NCBI GenBank assembly: GCA_963718005.1
Contig: CAVQXV010000008.1
Location: 82,557-146,556 of the forward strand
Reading direction: 5' to 3'
DNA: 64,000 nucleotides
Origin: an uncultured Gemmatimonadales bacterium
GTDB taxonomy: Bacteria; Gemmatimonadota; Gemmatimonadetes; Gemmatimonadales; JACORV01
The position numbers and the translations under genes were made by a program. The stretch's first letter is position 1; every line of letters starts with the position of its first letter. Shown here piece after piece: positions 27,322 through 47,982 of the stretch. The notes under the pieces were generated by a model. That model ran no database searches. It saw nothing but the letters and a program-made list of their open reading frames with translations, and was not told where the DNA came from.

Positions 27322-27772
27322 ATGCCCATGTTCGGACCGGCGACGTCACCGGCCACGGTCGGGCGCCTGATGCTCGGCATGGCCACCATCTTCACCGCCG
27401 TGCTGGGCCTGGCGGGCGATGCGCGCTGGTTCGCCGCCTCGGGGGCGCTGGGCACCGCGTGGTGGGCCTGGGACTGGCTGTTCGCCAACCTGGTCGGCCC
27501 GGCCGCAACCTGGTTCCTCGGCATGTTCACCGGGGAAAGCGGCGTGGAGGAAGCTCCCGACCTCTCCCTCGACGACACGATCCGCCTGCTCGAAGACCAC
27601 CTCGCCGCCGAAGGCGTCACGCGGCACGTGCAGATCCAGTCGGCGCTGCGGCTGGCGGAGATCTACCGGCTCAACCAGCACGACGGCCAAGGCGGACGAG
27701 GTGATCCGGCGGGTCGCGGAACGGTGGCCCGATGCGCCGGAGCTGAAGATGTTTGAAAAAGGTGAGCCGTGA
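27322..27772 (+). CDS. hypothetical membrane protein (frameshift near 27685)
   Basis: N-terminal hydrophobic helices then a helical soluble part; stop lies inside repeat A2. Confidence 0.6.
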
Positions 27773-27850
27773 GGGGTGAGATGTGAGAAGGATGGGTGAG
27801 AGGTGAGAAGACGAAGTGAGGAGCCGCGCCGCAGCCTTCTCACGCCTTCA
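27762..27850. repeat. family A element, copy 2 (right arm truncated)
   Basis: GTGAGCC GTGAGGG GTGAGAT GTGAGAAGGATGG GTGAGAG GTGAGAA GACGAAGTGAG..CCTTCTCACGCCTTC. Confidence 0.85.
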
Positions 27851-27853
27851 GAG

Positions 27854-27889
27854 ACAGAAACGGCCGGCTCCGCGATGCGGAACCGGCCG
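27854..27889 (-). terminator. intrinsic terminator downstream of hup
   Basis: minus strand CGGCCGGTTCCGC-ATC-GCGGAGCCGGCCG followed by TTTCTGT. Confidence 0.7.
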
Positions 27890-27914
27890 CCGTAGCTCGC
27901 TGGGCCGACAGGAA

Positions 27915-28235
27915 TCAAGCCTTGGGCGCCATCTGCTCGTCGCGCTCGGCGACCATGGCCCGCAACTCCTTGCTGGGCTTGAAGACCGGGACCGGCCGCG
28001 CCGCCACCTCGACCGGATCGCCCGTGCGGGGATTGCGCGCCATCCGCGTCTTCCGGCTGCGGATCTTGAAGGTCCCGAAACCGCGTATCTCGATGTTCTT
28101 CTGCTCAGCTAGCGCGTCTTTGACCGCGTCCAGGAAGCTGTCCACCACGCGGGCGCAGTCCTTCTTGCTGATCATCGGGCCGGCCGTGCGCGCGATCTGC
28201 GCAGTGACCCTTTCGACCAGGTCGGCCTTGGTCAT
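27915..28235 (-). CDS. hup: HU/IHF-family DNA-binding protein
   Basis: MTKADLV, IEIRGFGTF, ARNPRTG, FKPSKELR. Confidence 0.92.
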   Translation of the reverse strand: MTKADLVERVTAQIARTAGPMISKKDCARVVDSFLDAVKDALAEQKNIEIRGFGTFKIRSRKTRMARNPRTGDPVEVAARPVPVFKPSKELRAMVAERDEQMAPKA

Positions 28236-28286
28236 CAGCTCCTCCCGAGTCCACAGGATGACCCCCGGAGGGGGTACGGGAGGGCT

Positions 28287-28315
28287 AATGTGGAAGCTTA
28301 CTCGTTTAATGTCAA
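28287..28315 (-). promoter_or_regulatory. sigma70-type promoter for hup
   Basis: TTGACA-N17-CACATT on the minus strand in an AT-richer stretch. Confidence 0.55.
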
Positions 28316-29431
28316 GGGGTTGAGGACATCAAGCGCAGAAACTCCGCGAAGTGGTGCCTCGCGTCGTGCGGTCCGGGGCTGGCTTCCGGGTGGTACTGCA
28401 CGGCGAAGATGGGCAATTCCCGGTGCCGGACGCCTTCTACGGTGTGGTCATTGAGGTTACGGTGCGTGACCTCGAGCGCGGGGGCTCCCGGAACCGCCAC
28501 GGAGCCCTCTGCCGCCTCGACGGCGAAGCCGTGGTTCTGGGAGGTGATCAGCACGCGGCCGTTCTCGAGCTCGCGCACGGGGTGGTTTCCGCCCCGGTGG
28601 CCGTAGGGGAGCTTCACCGTGCGCGCCCCGAAGGCGAGACCCAAGAGCTGATGGCCGAGGCAGATACCGAAGATCGGCATGCCGCTCGCCGCCAGGTCGC
28701 GGATGATTTGCGGCGCGTAGGTCACGGCGGCCGGATCGCCCGGCCCGTTGGAAAGGAAGACCCCGTCCGGCTTCCGCTCCAGGACCGCGGCGGCGGGCGT
28801 CTCGGCTCGGCACCACCGTGACCTGGCAGCCGGCGGCCGCGAGCAGCCGCACGATGTTGCGCTTCATGCCGTAGTCGTAGGCCACGACCTTGAAGCGCGC
28901 GTCGTCCGGGCCGACGGTCTCCCACGCGGTGCACGTTACGCGCGAGGCGAGGTCGAGTCCTTCCATGCGCGGCGACGCGGCGAGCGACCCGGCGCGCCTC
29001 GTCGGACGGCTCGTCGCCGGTCGCGATGCACGCCCTGCATCGCGCCCTTCTCCCGGATGTGCCGCGTGAGCCGCCGGGTATCGACCTCCGAGACGACGGC
29101 GACGCCGTAGCCCTCGAGCCACTCGCGCAGCGGGCCGGTGGCGCGCCAGCTCGACGCCTCGCGCGCCAGCTCGCGCACCACGACGCCGGCCACGCTGGCC
29201 TTGCCCGACTCCATGTCTTCCTGGTTGATGCCGTAGTTGCCGATCATCGGCGCGGTCATCGTCGACGATCTGGCCGGCGTACGAGGGGTCGGTGAAGACC
29301 TCCTGGTAGCCGCTCAGGTTGGTGGTGAAGACCACCTCGGCCGCCTGGGCAGCAAACGGGGCGCTCGTCGCGCCCCGGTACCAGGTGTCGTCTTCGAGCA
29401 GGACGTAGGCCGGCAGCAACCGCTCGCTCAC
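28312..29431 (-). CDS. carA: carbamoyl-phosphate synthase small subunit
   Basis: [50 protein letters not shown]. Confidence 0.95.
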
Positions 29432-29513
29432 TGCCTCAGCGCGCCGGCGGAGGTTAACTGGCCGCCTTCGCGTTCTCCGCGCCGCCCGCTCGATCCCGAG
29501 CGCTGGACCAGAA

Positions 29514-29915
29514 TCACCGGGCCGGAGTGGAGGACTTGGCCGGCGCCGGCGAGGTGCCCAGCGGCGGAGCCGGGGCGGTCGTCGGAGCGGCCTTGCCGTT
29601 CTCCAGCGGCAGCGCCGGCAGCGGAGCCGGAGCGGCCTGCTGGGCCTGCTGGGTCTCGAACACCGACCGCGGCGCGGAGGACGAGCGCATCGAGAGCAGC
29701 GAGAGGATGAAGCACAGCCCGAGGAAGATGCCGCCGCCCCACCAGCTCGCCTTGGTGAGCAGGGTCGCGGCCTGGCGGTTGCCGACGAAGGCGTCGGTGC
29801 TCGACGCGCCGCCGAACGACGCCGCCAGCCCACCGCCCTGCCCCGCCTGCAGCAGCACGGCGGCGGCGAGGACGACGGCGTCCAGAATGAGCAGGATCAG
29901 GAAGAAGGTGTACAT
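29514..29915 (-). CDS. secG: preprotein translocase subunit SecG
   Basis: VLLQAGQGGGLAASFGG, LLTKAS; follows tpiA. Confidence 0.92.
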   Translation of the reverse strand: MYTFFLILLILDAVVLAAAVLLQAGQGGGLAASFGGASSTDAFVGNRQAATLLTKASWWGGGIFLGLCFILSLLSMRSSSAPRSVFETQQAQQAAPAPLPALPLENGKAAPTTAPAPPLGTSPAPAKSSTPAR

Positions 29916-29924
29916 GTAAGTGCC

Positions 29925-29954
29925 AATCTACCGGGGTGAGGCGGAGATGGTCAA
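29925..29954 (-). promoter_or_regulatory. sigma70-type promoter for secG (near-leaderless)
   Basis: TTGACC-N18-TAGATT, 9 nt upstream of the ATG, no SD. Confidence 0.5.
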
Positions 29955-29959
29955 CCTGG

Positions 29960-30099
29960 GTGAGAGGTGAGCGGTGAGAGGTGAGACGGATAAGTGAGAG
30001 GTGAGAAGACGAAGTGAGAGGCCGCGCCGCCGCCCTCTCACGCCCTTCGACCTCTCACCTCTCGCTTATCCTCCTCACCCTTCACTCCTCACTACTCAC
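29960..30099. repeat. family A element, copy 3
   Basis: GTGAGAG GTGAGCG GTGAGAG GTGAGACGGATAA GTGAGAG GTGAGAA GACGAAGTGAGAGG..CCCTCTCACGCCCTTCGAC then CTCAC array; between tpiA and secG. Confidence 0.9.
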
Positions 30100-30105
30100 C
30101 TGGCA

Positions 30106-34728
<4,623 letters not shown>

Positions 34729-34751
<23 letters not shown>

Positions 34752-35209
34752 CGGCCTGCGGCTCGGCGAGGCGCTTGACGGCGTCGGCCAGGAGCTCCTC
34801 CAGCCGCTCGTAGGTGGTGCGGTACTCGTCGAGGTCGCCGCCGAACGGGTCGTCCACCTGCGCGGTCGCGCCGTGACGGCCGGCGAACGCGCCCAGCAGG
34901 TGCGCCTTGCCCTCGCCCTCCGAGCGCCTCGGCCCGCTCGACGTGGTGCAGGCTCATGCCCAGCACGAGGTCCGATCCCGCCACCAGGTCGGTCGTGAGC
35001 TGGCGGGCGCGGTGCGCCGACAGGTCGAGGCCGTGCTCCAGCGCGATGAGGTACGCGCCCTCCGACGCGGGCGCGCCGTCCCACGCGGCGGTCCCCGCCG
35101 ACGACACGGCCACGTCCGCGAGGCCGCGCGCGTCGAGCAGCTTGCGGGCGATGGCCTCGGCCATCGGGCTCCGGCAGATGTTGCCGGTGCAGACGAACAG
35201 GAGCTTCAT
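34729..35209 (-). CDS. low-molecular-weight protein Tyr/Arg phosphatase
   Basis: LFVCTGNICRSPMAE, SAGT; DPFG in the shifted frame. Confidence 0.9.
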
Positions 35210-35212
35210 GGG

Positions 35213-35859
35213 CTAGGGCGCCAGCGCGGGGACGATGCTGGCCAGCCGCTGCCGCGGGATGGCGCCTTCGCGCACCACGCGGGGCGCGCTGCCGGTGCAA
35301 TCCACCAGCGTCGAAGGCGGCGACTCGGGCAGCGTGCCCGCGTCGAGCACGAGCAGCGTCCCGTCGGCGACGGCCGCGGCGAAGTGCGCTCGATGGCCGG
35401 CGCCTCCATCAGCGACGGCTGGCCCGGGCGGTTGGCGCTGGTGGACGTGATGGGCGAGCCCAGCGTCTGGATGAGCTGCGCGGCGCCGTGATGCGACGTC
35501 CAGCGCACCGCCACGCCGCCCTCGGGGCCGCGCAGCGCGTCGGGCAGCGTGCCCTCGCCGCCGGGCAGGACCAGCGTGAGCGGGCCCGGCCAGAAGGCGG
35601 CGGCGAATCGCTCGGCCGCGTCGGTGAGCCTGAGCCCCACGGCGGCGAGCATCCGCCGGTTCGAGACCAGAACGAGGAACGGCTTGCCGGGCTCGCGTCC
35701 CTTGAGCGCCGCCAGCTTCTCCACGGCGGCGAGCGCCGTCACGGAGCCGAAGCCGTACACCGTCTCGGTGGGATAGGCGATGAGCCCGCGCCGCGCGAGG
35801 TGGGCCACCACGGTCGGCAGCGCCGCCGTCACCTGCTCGGCGGTACGGAACGGGATCAC
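35213..35859 (-). CDS. tsaC: threonylcarbamoyl-AMP synthase (Sua5/TsaC)
   Basis: AYPTETVYG, KGR..KP, WPGPLT, STSAN. Confidence 0.9.
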
Positions 35860-36560
35860 GCGGGCACCTCCGCCGCGAGCGCTTCCGCCAGCGCGAAGTC
35901 TTCGGCGGTCGTGACCTTGATGTTGCGCGCGCTGCCCGCCACGATGCGCACCGGGTGGCCGAGCCGCTCGCACAAGGCGGCGTCGTCGGTGGCGGCGCCG
36001 GTGGCCGGATCGGTCCGGGCGCGTTGGTGCGCCGCCTCCAGCATCGCGCGGGGGAACGCCTGCGGCGTCTGCACGGCGACCAGCCGCTCGCGCGGCACGG
36101 TGCGCACCACCAGGCCCGCCGCGTCGGTCTCCTTCACCGTGTCGGAGAGCGGCAGGCCCGGCACGGCGGCCGCGCCGCCCTCGGCGACGGCGAGCACGCG
36201 GTCGATCAGCTCTCGGGCCACGAACGGCCGGGCGGCATCGTGCACCAGGACGAGCGAGGGGCCGGGCGGCAGGCGGGCCAGTCCGTGGGCCACCGACTGC
36301 TGGCGGGCCGCGCCGCCGGCGGTGACGAGCAGGCGATCGGACAACTGGGCGCGCAGCCACTCGGGCGGCGAGGCCGCGTGTTCCGGCGGCAGGACGACGA
36401 CGATGGGCCCGACGCGCGGGTGCTCGGCGAACGGCCGGATGGCGCGGAGCAGGAGCGGGACGCCGCCCACCAGACGGAACTGCTTGGGCTCCGCGTCGGC
36501 GCCCCCCTGGGCGCGGACGCCGCGGCCCGCCGCCACGATGACCGCACCGACGTCAGGCGG
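35856..36560 (-). CDS. ispD: 2-C-methyl-D-erythritol 4-phosphate cytidylyltransferase (start approximate)
   Basis: AAGRG..PKQF, VHDAARP, QTPQAF, TDDA, NIKVT. Confidence 0.93.
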   Translation of the reverse strand, partial: PPDVGAVIVAAGRGVRAQGGADAEPKQFRLVGGVPLLLRAIRPFAEHPRVGPIVVVLPPEHAASPPEWLRAQLSDRLLVTAGGAARQQSVAHGLARLPPGPSLVLVHDAARPFVARELIDRVLAVAEGGAAAVPGLPLSDTVKETDAAGLVVRTVPRERLVAVQTPQAFPRAMLEAAHQRARTDPATGAATDDAALCERLGHPVRIVAGSARNIKVTTAEDFALAEALAAEVPA

Positions 36561-37932
36561 CGAGGCGATGGGCCAACTCTCCCAGGTGCTCGATGCGCAC
36601 CAGCTCGAGGCCCGGCGAGGCCTGCTTGAGGCCGGTCCGGGAGCCTACGAACGCGCGGCGGAAGCCGTGCCGCGCCGCCTCGGCGAGCCGGCGGTCCACC
36701 GCCGGCCACGGCCCGCACCTCGCCGCCGAGCCCGACCTCGCCGAGGAACAGCGCGTCGGCGGGCAGCGCGCGGTCGTGGACGCTGGAGATCAGGGCCGCC
36801 ACGACGGCCAGGTCGCTCGACGGCTCGCTCAGGCGCACGCCGCCGACCACGTTGACGAAGACGTCGAGGTCGCCGAACGGGAGCGAGGCGCGGCGCTCCA
36901 GGACCGCGAGCAGGACGGCGAGCCGGCGGTGGTCCACGCCCGCGCTCACCCGCTGCGGCGTGCCGAAGCCCGCCTTGGAGGCCAGCGCCTGGATCTCGAT
37001 CAGCATCGGGCGCGTGCCTTCCATCAGGGCGGTGACGGCGCTGCCCGAGATCCCGTCGTGCCGCGCGGCCAGGAAGGCGGCCGACGGGTTCGCGACCGGC
37101 AGCAGGCCCGCCGAGGTCATCTCGAACACGCCGATCTCGTCCACGCCGCCGAACCGGTTCTTGGTCGCGCGGAGGATGCGGTGGTCGAGCGAGCCCTCGC
37201 CCTCGAAGTAGAGCACGGTGTCCACGATGTGCTCGAGCGTCTTGGGCCCCGCGATGCCGCCGCCCTTGGTCACGTGCCCCACCAGCAGCACGGCCGGGCC
37301 CGATTCCTTGGCGAAGCGCATCAGCCGCGCGGCGCATTCGCGCACCTGGCCCACGTTGCCGGGCGCGCCCTCGAGGTCCGCGGTGTAGGCCGTCTGGATG
37401 GAGTCCACCACCACGACGCGCGCGCCGAGCTTCGCGGCCTGCTCGATCACGCGCTCGAGCACCGTCTCGGCGAGGACGTGCACGCGGCCCGCCGGTTCCT
37501 CGAGCCGGTCGGCGCGGAGCCGCACCTGCTCGGGCGACTCCTCGCCGCTGGCGTAGAGGGTCGGCACGCCGGCGGCCTCGAGTCGCGCCGCCACCTGGAG
37601 CAGCAGCGTGGACTTCCCGATGCCGGGCTCGCCGCCCACCAGCACCAGCGAGCCGGGGACGATGCCGCCGCCCAGCACGTAGTCGAACTCGGCGAGGCCG
37701 GTCTTGTAGCGCGGCATGGCGTCGGCCGCGATGGAGTCGAGGCGCACCGGCTCGGGCCCGCCGCCGAGCCGAGCCCGGACGCCGGACCCCGGGCCCCGGC
37801 CTTCGGCCGCCGCGCCGCAACCTCCTCGACCAGGCTGTTCCACGCCTGGCACGCCTCGCAGCGCCCGGTCCACTTCGGCTGGTCGGCCCCGCACTCGGTG
37901 CAGCGGAAGACCGAATGCGCCTTAGCGGCCAT
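36553..37932 (-). CDS. radA: DNA repair protein RadA/Sms
   Basis: zinc finger [32 protein letters not shown]. Confidence 0.96.
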
Positions 37933-39344
37933 TCCCGCCTTCCCCGTTGTCGCGCGCGGTGTAGTTGTCGAACCGGGTGTACGCCTTGTGGAAGTGGAGC
38001 TTGATGGTGCCGGTGGGCCCGTTGCGCTGCTTGCCGATGATGACCTCGGCCTGGCCCTCGATGTTCTCGCCGGTCTTGGGGTCCTCGGTGCCGGAGTACA
38101 TCTCCTCGCGGTAGATGAACAGCACCACGTCGGCGTCCTGCTCGATCGCGCCCGACTCTCGCAGGTCGGAGAGCTGGGGCCGGCGGTGCTCCCCGCCCCG
38201 CTGCTCCGGCGCGCGCGAGAGCTGCGAGAGCGCGACCACCGGCACGTCGAGCTCCTTGGCCAGCGCCTTCAAGGCGCGCGAGATCGCGCTGATCTCCTGC
38301 ACGCGGTTCTCGCTCTGCTCGGGCGAGCGCATCAGCTGCAGGTAGTCCACGATGATCAGCCCGACGTTGTGCTCGGCCTTGATGCGCCGCGCCTTGGACC
38401 GCAGCTCGAGCGGGGTCAGCGCCGCGCTGTCGTCGATCCAGATGGGCGCCGAGCGAGAGGATGCCCGCGGCCCGCGCCAGCAGCGCGTAGTCGGCGTCCT
38501 TCAGCATGCCCTGCCGCAGGCGGTGCGCGTCCACCCGCGCCTCGCTCGTCAGCAGCCGCTGCACCAGCTGCGCCTTGGACATTTCGAGGCTGAAGATCGC
38601 GACCGGAATGCCTTTCTCGATCGCCGCGTGCTGCGCGACGTTGAGGCACAGGGCCGTCTTGCCCATGGCGGGCCGCGCCGCGACGATCACCAGGTCCGCA
38701 TTCTGGAACCCCGCCGTCTTGTCGTCCAAGTCTGCGAAGCCCGACGGCACGCCGGTAATCGATTGGCCGCCGGCATGGAGCGATTCGATGCGCTCCATCG
38801 TCGGCCACAGCAGCTCCTTGAGGCGGACGAAGCCCTCGGTCTTGCGCGTCTCCGAGACCAGGAAGATCCGCTGCTCGGCGCTGTCGAGGACCTCGTCGGC
38901 GAGGCGCTTGGCCTCGTAGGCCTCCTGCACGATGCCCGTGGCGGCCTCGATCAGCCGGCGGAGCAGCGCCTTGTCGCGGACGATCTTCGCGTGGTAGTCG
39001 ATGTTCGCCGCGGTGGGCACGACGTCGAGCAGGTAGGAGAGGTACTCGATGCCGCCCACGCCCTCGAGCTCGCCCCGCCGGTCCACCTCGTCACGCAGGG
39101 TGACCGGGTCGATCACCCCCCCGCGCTCGATGATGCCGTGCATGGCGCGGAACAGCCGCCGGTGGCCCTCGCGGTAGAACATCGCGTCGTCGAGGAGCTC
39201 GGTGCCGCGGAGCGCCGCGTCGCCGTCGAGGAGCATCGCGCCGAGGACCGCCTGCTCGGCCTCGGCGCTGTAGGGAGGCTGGCGGCCGCCGAACGCGTCA
39301 GGCGGCGTCGCCATCGTAGATTCGGCGCGCGATGCGGATGTCAT
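37922..39344 (-). CDS. dnaB: replicative DNA helicase
   Basis: [46 protein letters not shown]. Confidence 0.96.
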
Positions 39345-40180
39345 CCCAGGTCGGACGCTTCCAGTTCGGGTTACGGAGCAGGGCTGCCGGGTGATAGGTG
39401 ACGATCAGCGGGATGCCCCGGTAGCGGTGGAGCTTTCCCCGCAGCTCGCCCAGCGACAGGTTGACGCCCAGCAGCGCGTGCGCCGCCGGACGGCCCATGG
39501 CCAGAATCACCCGCGGGCTGATGAGCTCCAGCTGCCGATGGAGATACGGTGAACAGGCCGTGACTTCAAGCGGCTCCGGATCGCGGTTCTCCGGCGGCCG
39601 GCACTTGAGCACGTTGCAGATGAACACGTCCTCGCGCTTGAAGTCGATCGCCTTGAGGATGTCGTCGAGGAGCTTGCCCGCGCGGCCGACGAACGGGCGG
39701 CCGGTTTCGTCCTCGGTGGCGCCCGGCGCCTCGCCCACCACCACCAGGCCGGCCTTGGGATTCCCCTCGCCCGGCACGCTGCGCGTGCGGGAGTGGCCGA
39801 GCTGGCACTTGCGGCAGGCGTCGATCACCGGCGCGAGCGCATCCAGCGTCGCGAGCTGGCGCAGCGGATCGGCGGCGAACAGGTCGTCGCCGGCGCCCGG
39901 CGCCTCGGCCACGATCCCGGCGGCGAGCGGCTTCAGGTGCGCCGGCGTCTCGCCCGGCGGGGTCGGCGCCGCGGGACGGGGGCTCGCCGCAGGCGGCTGA
40001 GCCGCCTGAGGTGGTTCACTCGCTCCTGCCGTCTCTCGACTCGTAACCACTGATGTACTTGGCGTCTCGGAACTGTTCTGCATTCGGCCTTCTCCCACCG
40101 GTTTCCGACCGGACAGGACCAGGTCCGCCTCCCCCATCTCCATCAACTGTTCGAGGTATCGCTTGCCGCAGGTCATCCAC
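39298..40180 (-). CDS. udg: uracil-DNA glycosylase, family 4
   Basis: CRKCQL, GEAPG, GRPFVGRAG, KCRPPENR, YHPAALLR; long N-terminal linker. Confidence 0.92.
40028..40083 (-). repeat. family B single arm, in frame inside udg
   Basis: minus strand TGCAGAACAGTTCCGAGACGCCAAGTACATCAGTGGTTACGAGTCGAGAGACGGC aligns with 56021-56074. Confidence 0.8.
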
Positions 40181-41378
40181 GCTTGGAAAGTAACATCCCG
40201 ACCCGGTCCAGGATCGCCTCGGCGACCTGTTCCTTGGGCATCAGCGGGAGCGACTCCGCGCCGTCCTTCCCGATCACGGTGACGCGATTGGTGGCGACTT
40301 CCGGCCCGGCGCCCGGCTCGCTCGCGTCGTTGGCGACGACGACGTCCAGCTGCTTCGCCTTGAGCTTGGCCTGCGCCTTCGCCACGGCGTCGCCCGTCTC
40401 GAGCGCGAACCCGACGATCACCGCCCCCTTCTTCCGGTGCGGCAGCGTCTCGGCGAGGATGTCGCGCGTGGGTTCGAGGTCGAGCTTCAAGGCGCCCTCG
40501 CCCCGCTTGGACTTCTCGGCCAGGGGCGCCGCCGGGCGGTAGTCCGCCGGCGCGGCGGCCATCAGGAGCACGTCGGCGAGGGGCAGCGCCGAGGCCACGG
40601 CGGCGGCCATGTCGGCCGTGGACTCGACGCGCACGACCTCGACGCCGGGCGGCGGCTCGAGCGCCGCGGGCCCGCTCACCAGCGTGACCTCCGCGCCCCG
40701 GAGCCACGCCTCGTGCGCCAGCGCGTAGCCCATCCGGCCGCTCGAGCGGTTGGTGATGACGCGGACCGGATCGAGGCGCTCGCGCGTGGGCCCGGCGGTG
40801 ACCAGCACGCGGCGCCCCTGCCAGGGCGCGGCGCTCCGCAGCAGCCGCTCGGCGTGCGCCACGATGGTCTCGGGCTCGACCATCCGGCCCGGGCCCTCGC
40901 CCTCGCCGCGCGCCAGCGGCCCGGTGACGGGGCCCAGCACGTGCACGCCGCGCGAGCGCAGCAGCGCCAGGTTGGCCTGGGTCTCGGGGTGGGCGTACAT
41001 CTGGTCGTTCATGGCGGGGCAGATGAGGAGCGGCGCGCGGCGGGCCAGCAGCAGCGAGGTGAGGAAGTCGTCGGCCATGCCCTGCGCCACCCGGGCGAGC
41101 AGGTGGGCGGTGGCGGGCGCGACCACGATCAGCTCGGTCTCGCGCCCCAGCCGCACGTGATCCAGCGCGCGCGACGGCTGCCACAGCGAGGTGACGACGG
41201 GACGGCCGGTCAGCGCCTCGAACGTCACGGGCCCCACGAACTGGCTCGCCGCCGCCGTCAGCACCGTCTCCACCTCGGCGCCCGCCTCGGTCAGGCGGCG
41301 GGCGACGACACACGACTTGTAACAGGCGATGCCGCCCGACACGCCGAGGACGACGTGCCGGCCGGCGAGGCGGGTCAC
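40173..41378 (-). CDS. coaBC: phosphopantothenoylcysteine decarboxylase/synthetase
   Basis: GVSGGIACYK, PAMN, TAGPTRERLDPVR, NRSSGRMG, GFALET. Confidence 0.95.
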   Translation of the reverse strand: MTRLAGRHVVLGVSGGIACYKSCVVARRLTEAGAEVETVLTAAASQFVGPVTFEALTGRPVVTSLWQPSRALDHVRLGRETELIVVAPATAHLLARVAQGMADDFLTSLLLARRAPLLICPAMNDQMYAHPETQANLALLRSRGVHVLGPVTGPLARGEGEGPGRMVEPETIVAHAERLLRSAAPWQGRRVLVTAGPTRERLDPVRVITNRSSGRMGYALAHEAWLRGAEVTLVSGPAALEPPPGVEVVRVESTADMAAAVASALPLADVLLMAAAPADYRPAAPLAEKSKRGEGALKLDLEPTRDILAETLPHRKKGAVIVGFALETGDAVAKAQAKLKAKQLDVVVANDASEPGAGPEVATNRVTVIGKDGAESLPLMPKEQVAEAILDRVGMLLSKRG

Positions 41379-41588
41379 GCCTCCTGCCTGCGCCGCCGGG
41401 TGATCTTGTACTTCAGGTCGCCCGCCCGCCAGCTCTTCGAGCGACGTCGTGGTGAGCTTCTTCTCGCGCTCGATGACGCGCTCCTTCGGGAAGTCGTTCA
41501 CGTACCGGGCGAACTTCGCGGCGACCAGCACGCCGATGTACTTGTTGCCCGCCTGGTGCGCGATTTCCGTGGGGGTGAACACCCGCAT
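41375..41588 (-). CDS. rpoZ: RNA polymerase omega subunit
   Basis: ~70 aa, NKYIGVLVAAKFAR; canonical gmk-rpoZ-coaBC position. Confidence 0.85.
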
Positions 41589-41589
41589 C

Positions 41590-42245
41590 CTACGCCTCCT
41601 TCTTGGTGGAGAGCCGGTCCGCCAGCGCCCCGATGTCGCGGCCCAGCGCGGCCAGGTCGTCCGCCAGATCGGGGTTCCGACGCGGGCGGCGGCACTCCGC
41701 GTCGAGAATGGCGGCCACTTCGGCGACCGCCTCGGTCCGGTCGGCGTTGACGACCACGTAGTCGTACGCCAACGCCTCGTTCAACTCGGTCACGGCGCGT
41801 GCGCAGCCGCGCCTCCAGCGAGCCCGCGCGCGAGCCCTTCGTGCCGCCCAGCCGCTGCAGCAACTCCTCGGCCGAAGGCGGCACGACGAACACCAGCACC
41901 GCCTCGGGATAGGCGGCCCGCACGGCCGCCGCGCCCTTGATCTCGATGTCGAGCACCACGTGGCGGCCCGACGCGAGCACCTTGTCCACCTCGGCCTTGA
42001 GCGTGCCGTACAGCTGGCCGCTGTACTCCGCCCACTCCAGGAACTCCCCGTGGCGTACCTTCTTCTCGAACGCCTGGCGCGAGAGGAAGTGGTAGTCCGC
42101 GCCGTCGCGCTCCTTGGGCCGCGGCGGCGCGGGTCGTGGCCGAGACCGAGTAGCCGACGTCGTCGCGCGCCGCGACCAGCGCGTAGGCGATGGTGGTCTT
42201 GCCGCCCCCCGAGGGCGCCGAGAGGACGAGCGGATACGGCTTCAC
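41590..42245 (-). CDS. gmk: guanylate kinase
   Basis: LSAPSGGGKTT, SVSATTR, LDIEIKGA, YDYVVVN. Confidence 0.94.
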
Positions 42246-43118
42246 TCCAGGTTCTCGACCTGCTCGCGCAGCTTCTCCAGCTCGGTCTTCATCACGATGA
42301 CGGCCTCCGCGATCGCGGCGTCGTTCGCCTTGGAGCCCATCGTGTTGACCTCGCGGCCCGCCTCCTGGAGCAGGAAGCCGAGCCGGCCGGCCCACCGCCT
42401 CGCCGCCGCGCAGCGCCAGCCGCATCGCGCCGAGGTGCGTGTCGAAGCGCACCAGCTCCTCGGTGATGTCGATCCGGTCGGCGATGAGCGCGATCTCCTT
42501 CGCCAGCCGGTCGGGGTCCAGGGCCACGCCGCCGGCCAGGGACTGCACCGACGCCGCCAGCCGGTCCCGCTCGCGCACCAATCGCGCCGGCGCCGCCGCC
42601 GCCACGCGCTTGGCCAGCGCCTCGAGCGTGTCGAGCCGGCGCGCGAGGTCGGCGCACAGCGCCTCGCCTTCCTTCTCGCGCGTCGCCACGCACGCCTGCG
42701 CCGCGCCATCGAGCACGGCCAGGACGCCCGAGGAGTCCGGCGCGTTCTCCCCCCGCTGCACCCGCACCACGTCGGGGAGCCTCGCCACGGCCGCGAGATC
42801 CAGCTCGCCGGGGACGCCCAGCGTCTTGCCCAGGCTCCGCAGCGCCGCGACCAGCGCCCGCGCGCGCTCCGCGTCCACCTCGACCGTCTCCTCCTGCGGC
42901 GGCGCCTCCAGCCAGCGGCCCGAGACGGTCACGTGCCCGCGCTCGAAGTGCGCCCGCAGCCGCTCGCGGAGCGCCGCCTCGCAATCGGCCAGCTCCCCCG
43001 GCATCTTGAGCTGAACGCTCAGGTGCCGGTGGTTCACGGAGCGGATCTCGAGGCGGAGCCGGCCGCCGGCCACTTCGCCGTCGGCGGTCCCGAACCCGGT
43101 CATGCTCCGGGCGCTCAT
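42242..43118 (-). CDS. yicC: YicC/YloC-family endoribonuclease
   Basis: SMTGFG, RSVNHR, DITEELVR, FLLQEAGREVNTMGSK, REQVENLE. Confidence 0.93.
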
Positions 43119-43162
43119 GCGGTGCGCATCCCAGGCAAGCCTTGTAAGATAGCCCCACCCCC

Positions 43163-47831
<4,669 letters not shown>

Positions 47832-47982
47832 TGGCTCCTGGCATCGTGCATGGGAGGGACGAGGGGAGCGCGAGGGCTCCCGAGAAACGTCATATGGAAG
47901 TCGGCAAACGTAATCGGGGGAACAGCTTAGGGCAACGGGGCAAACAGTCTCCGGCGGCGGCGCTGCGGCGAAGCCGAGATCG

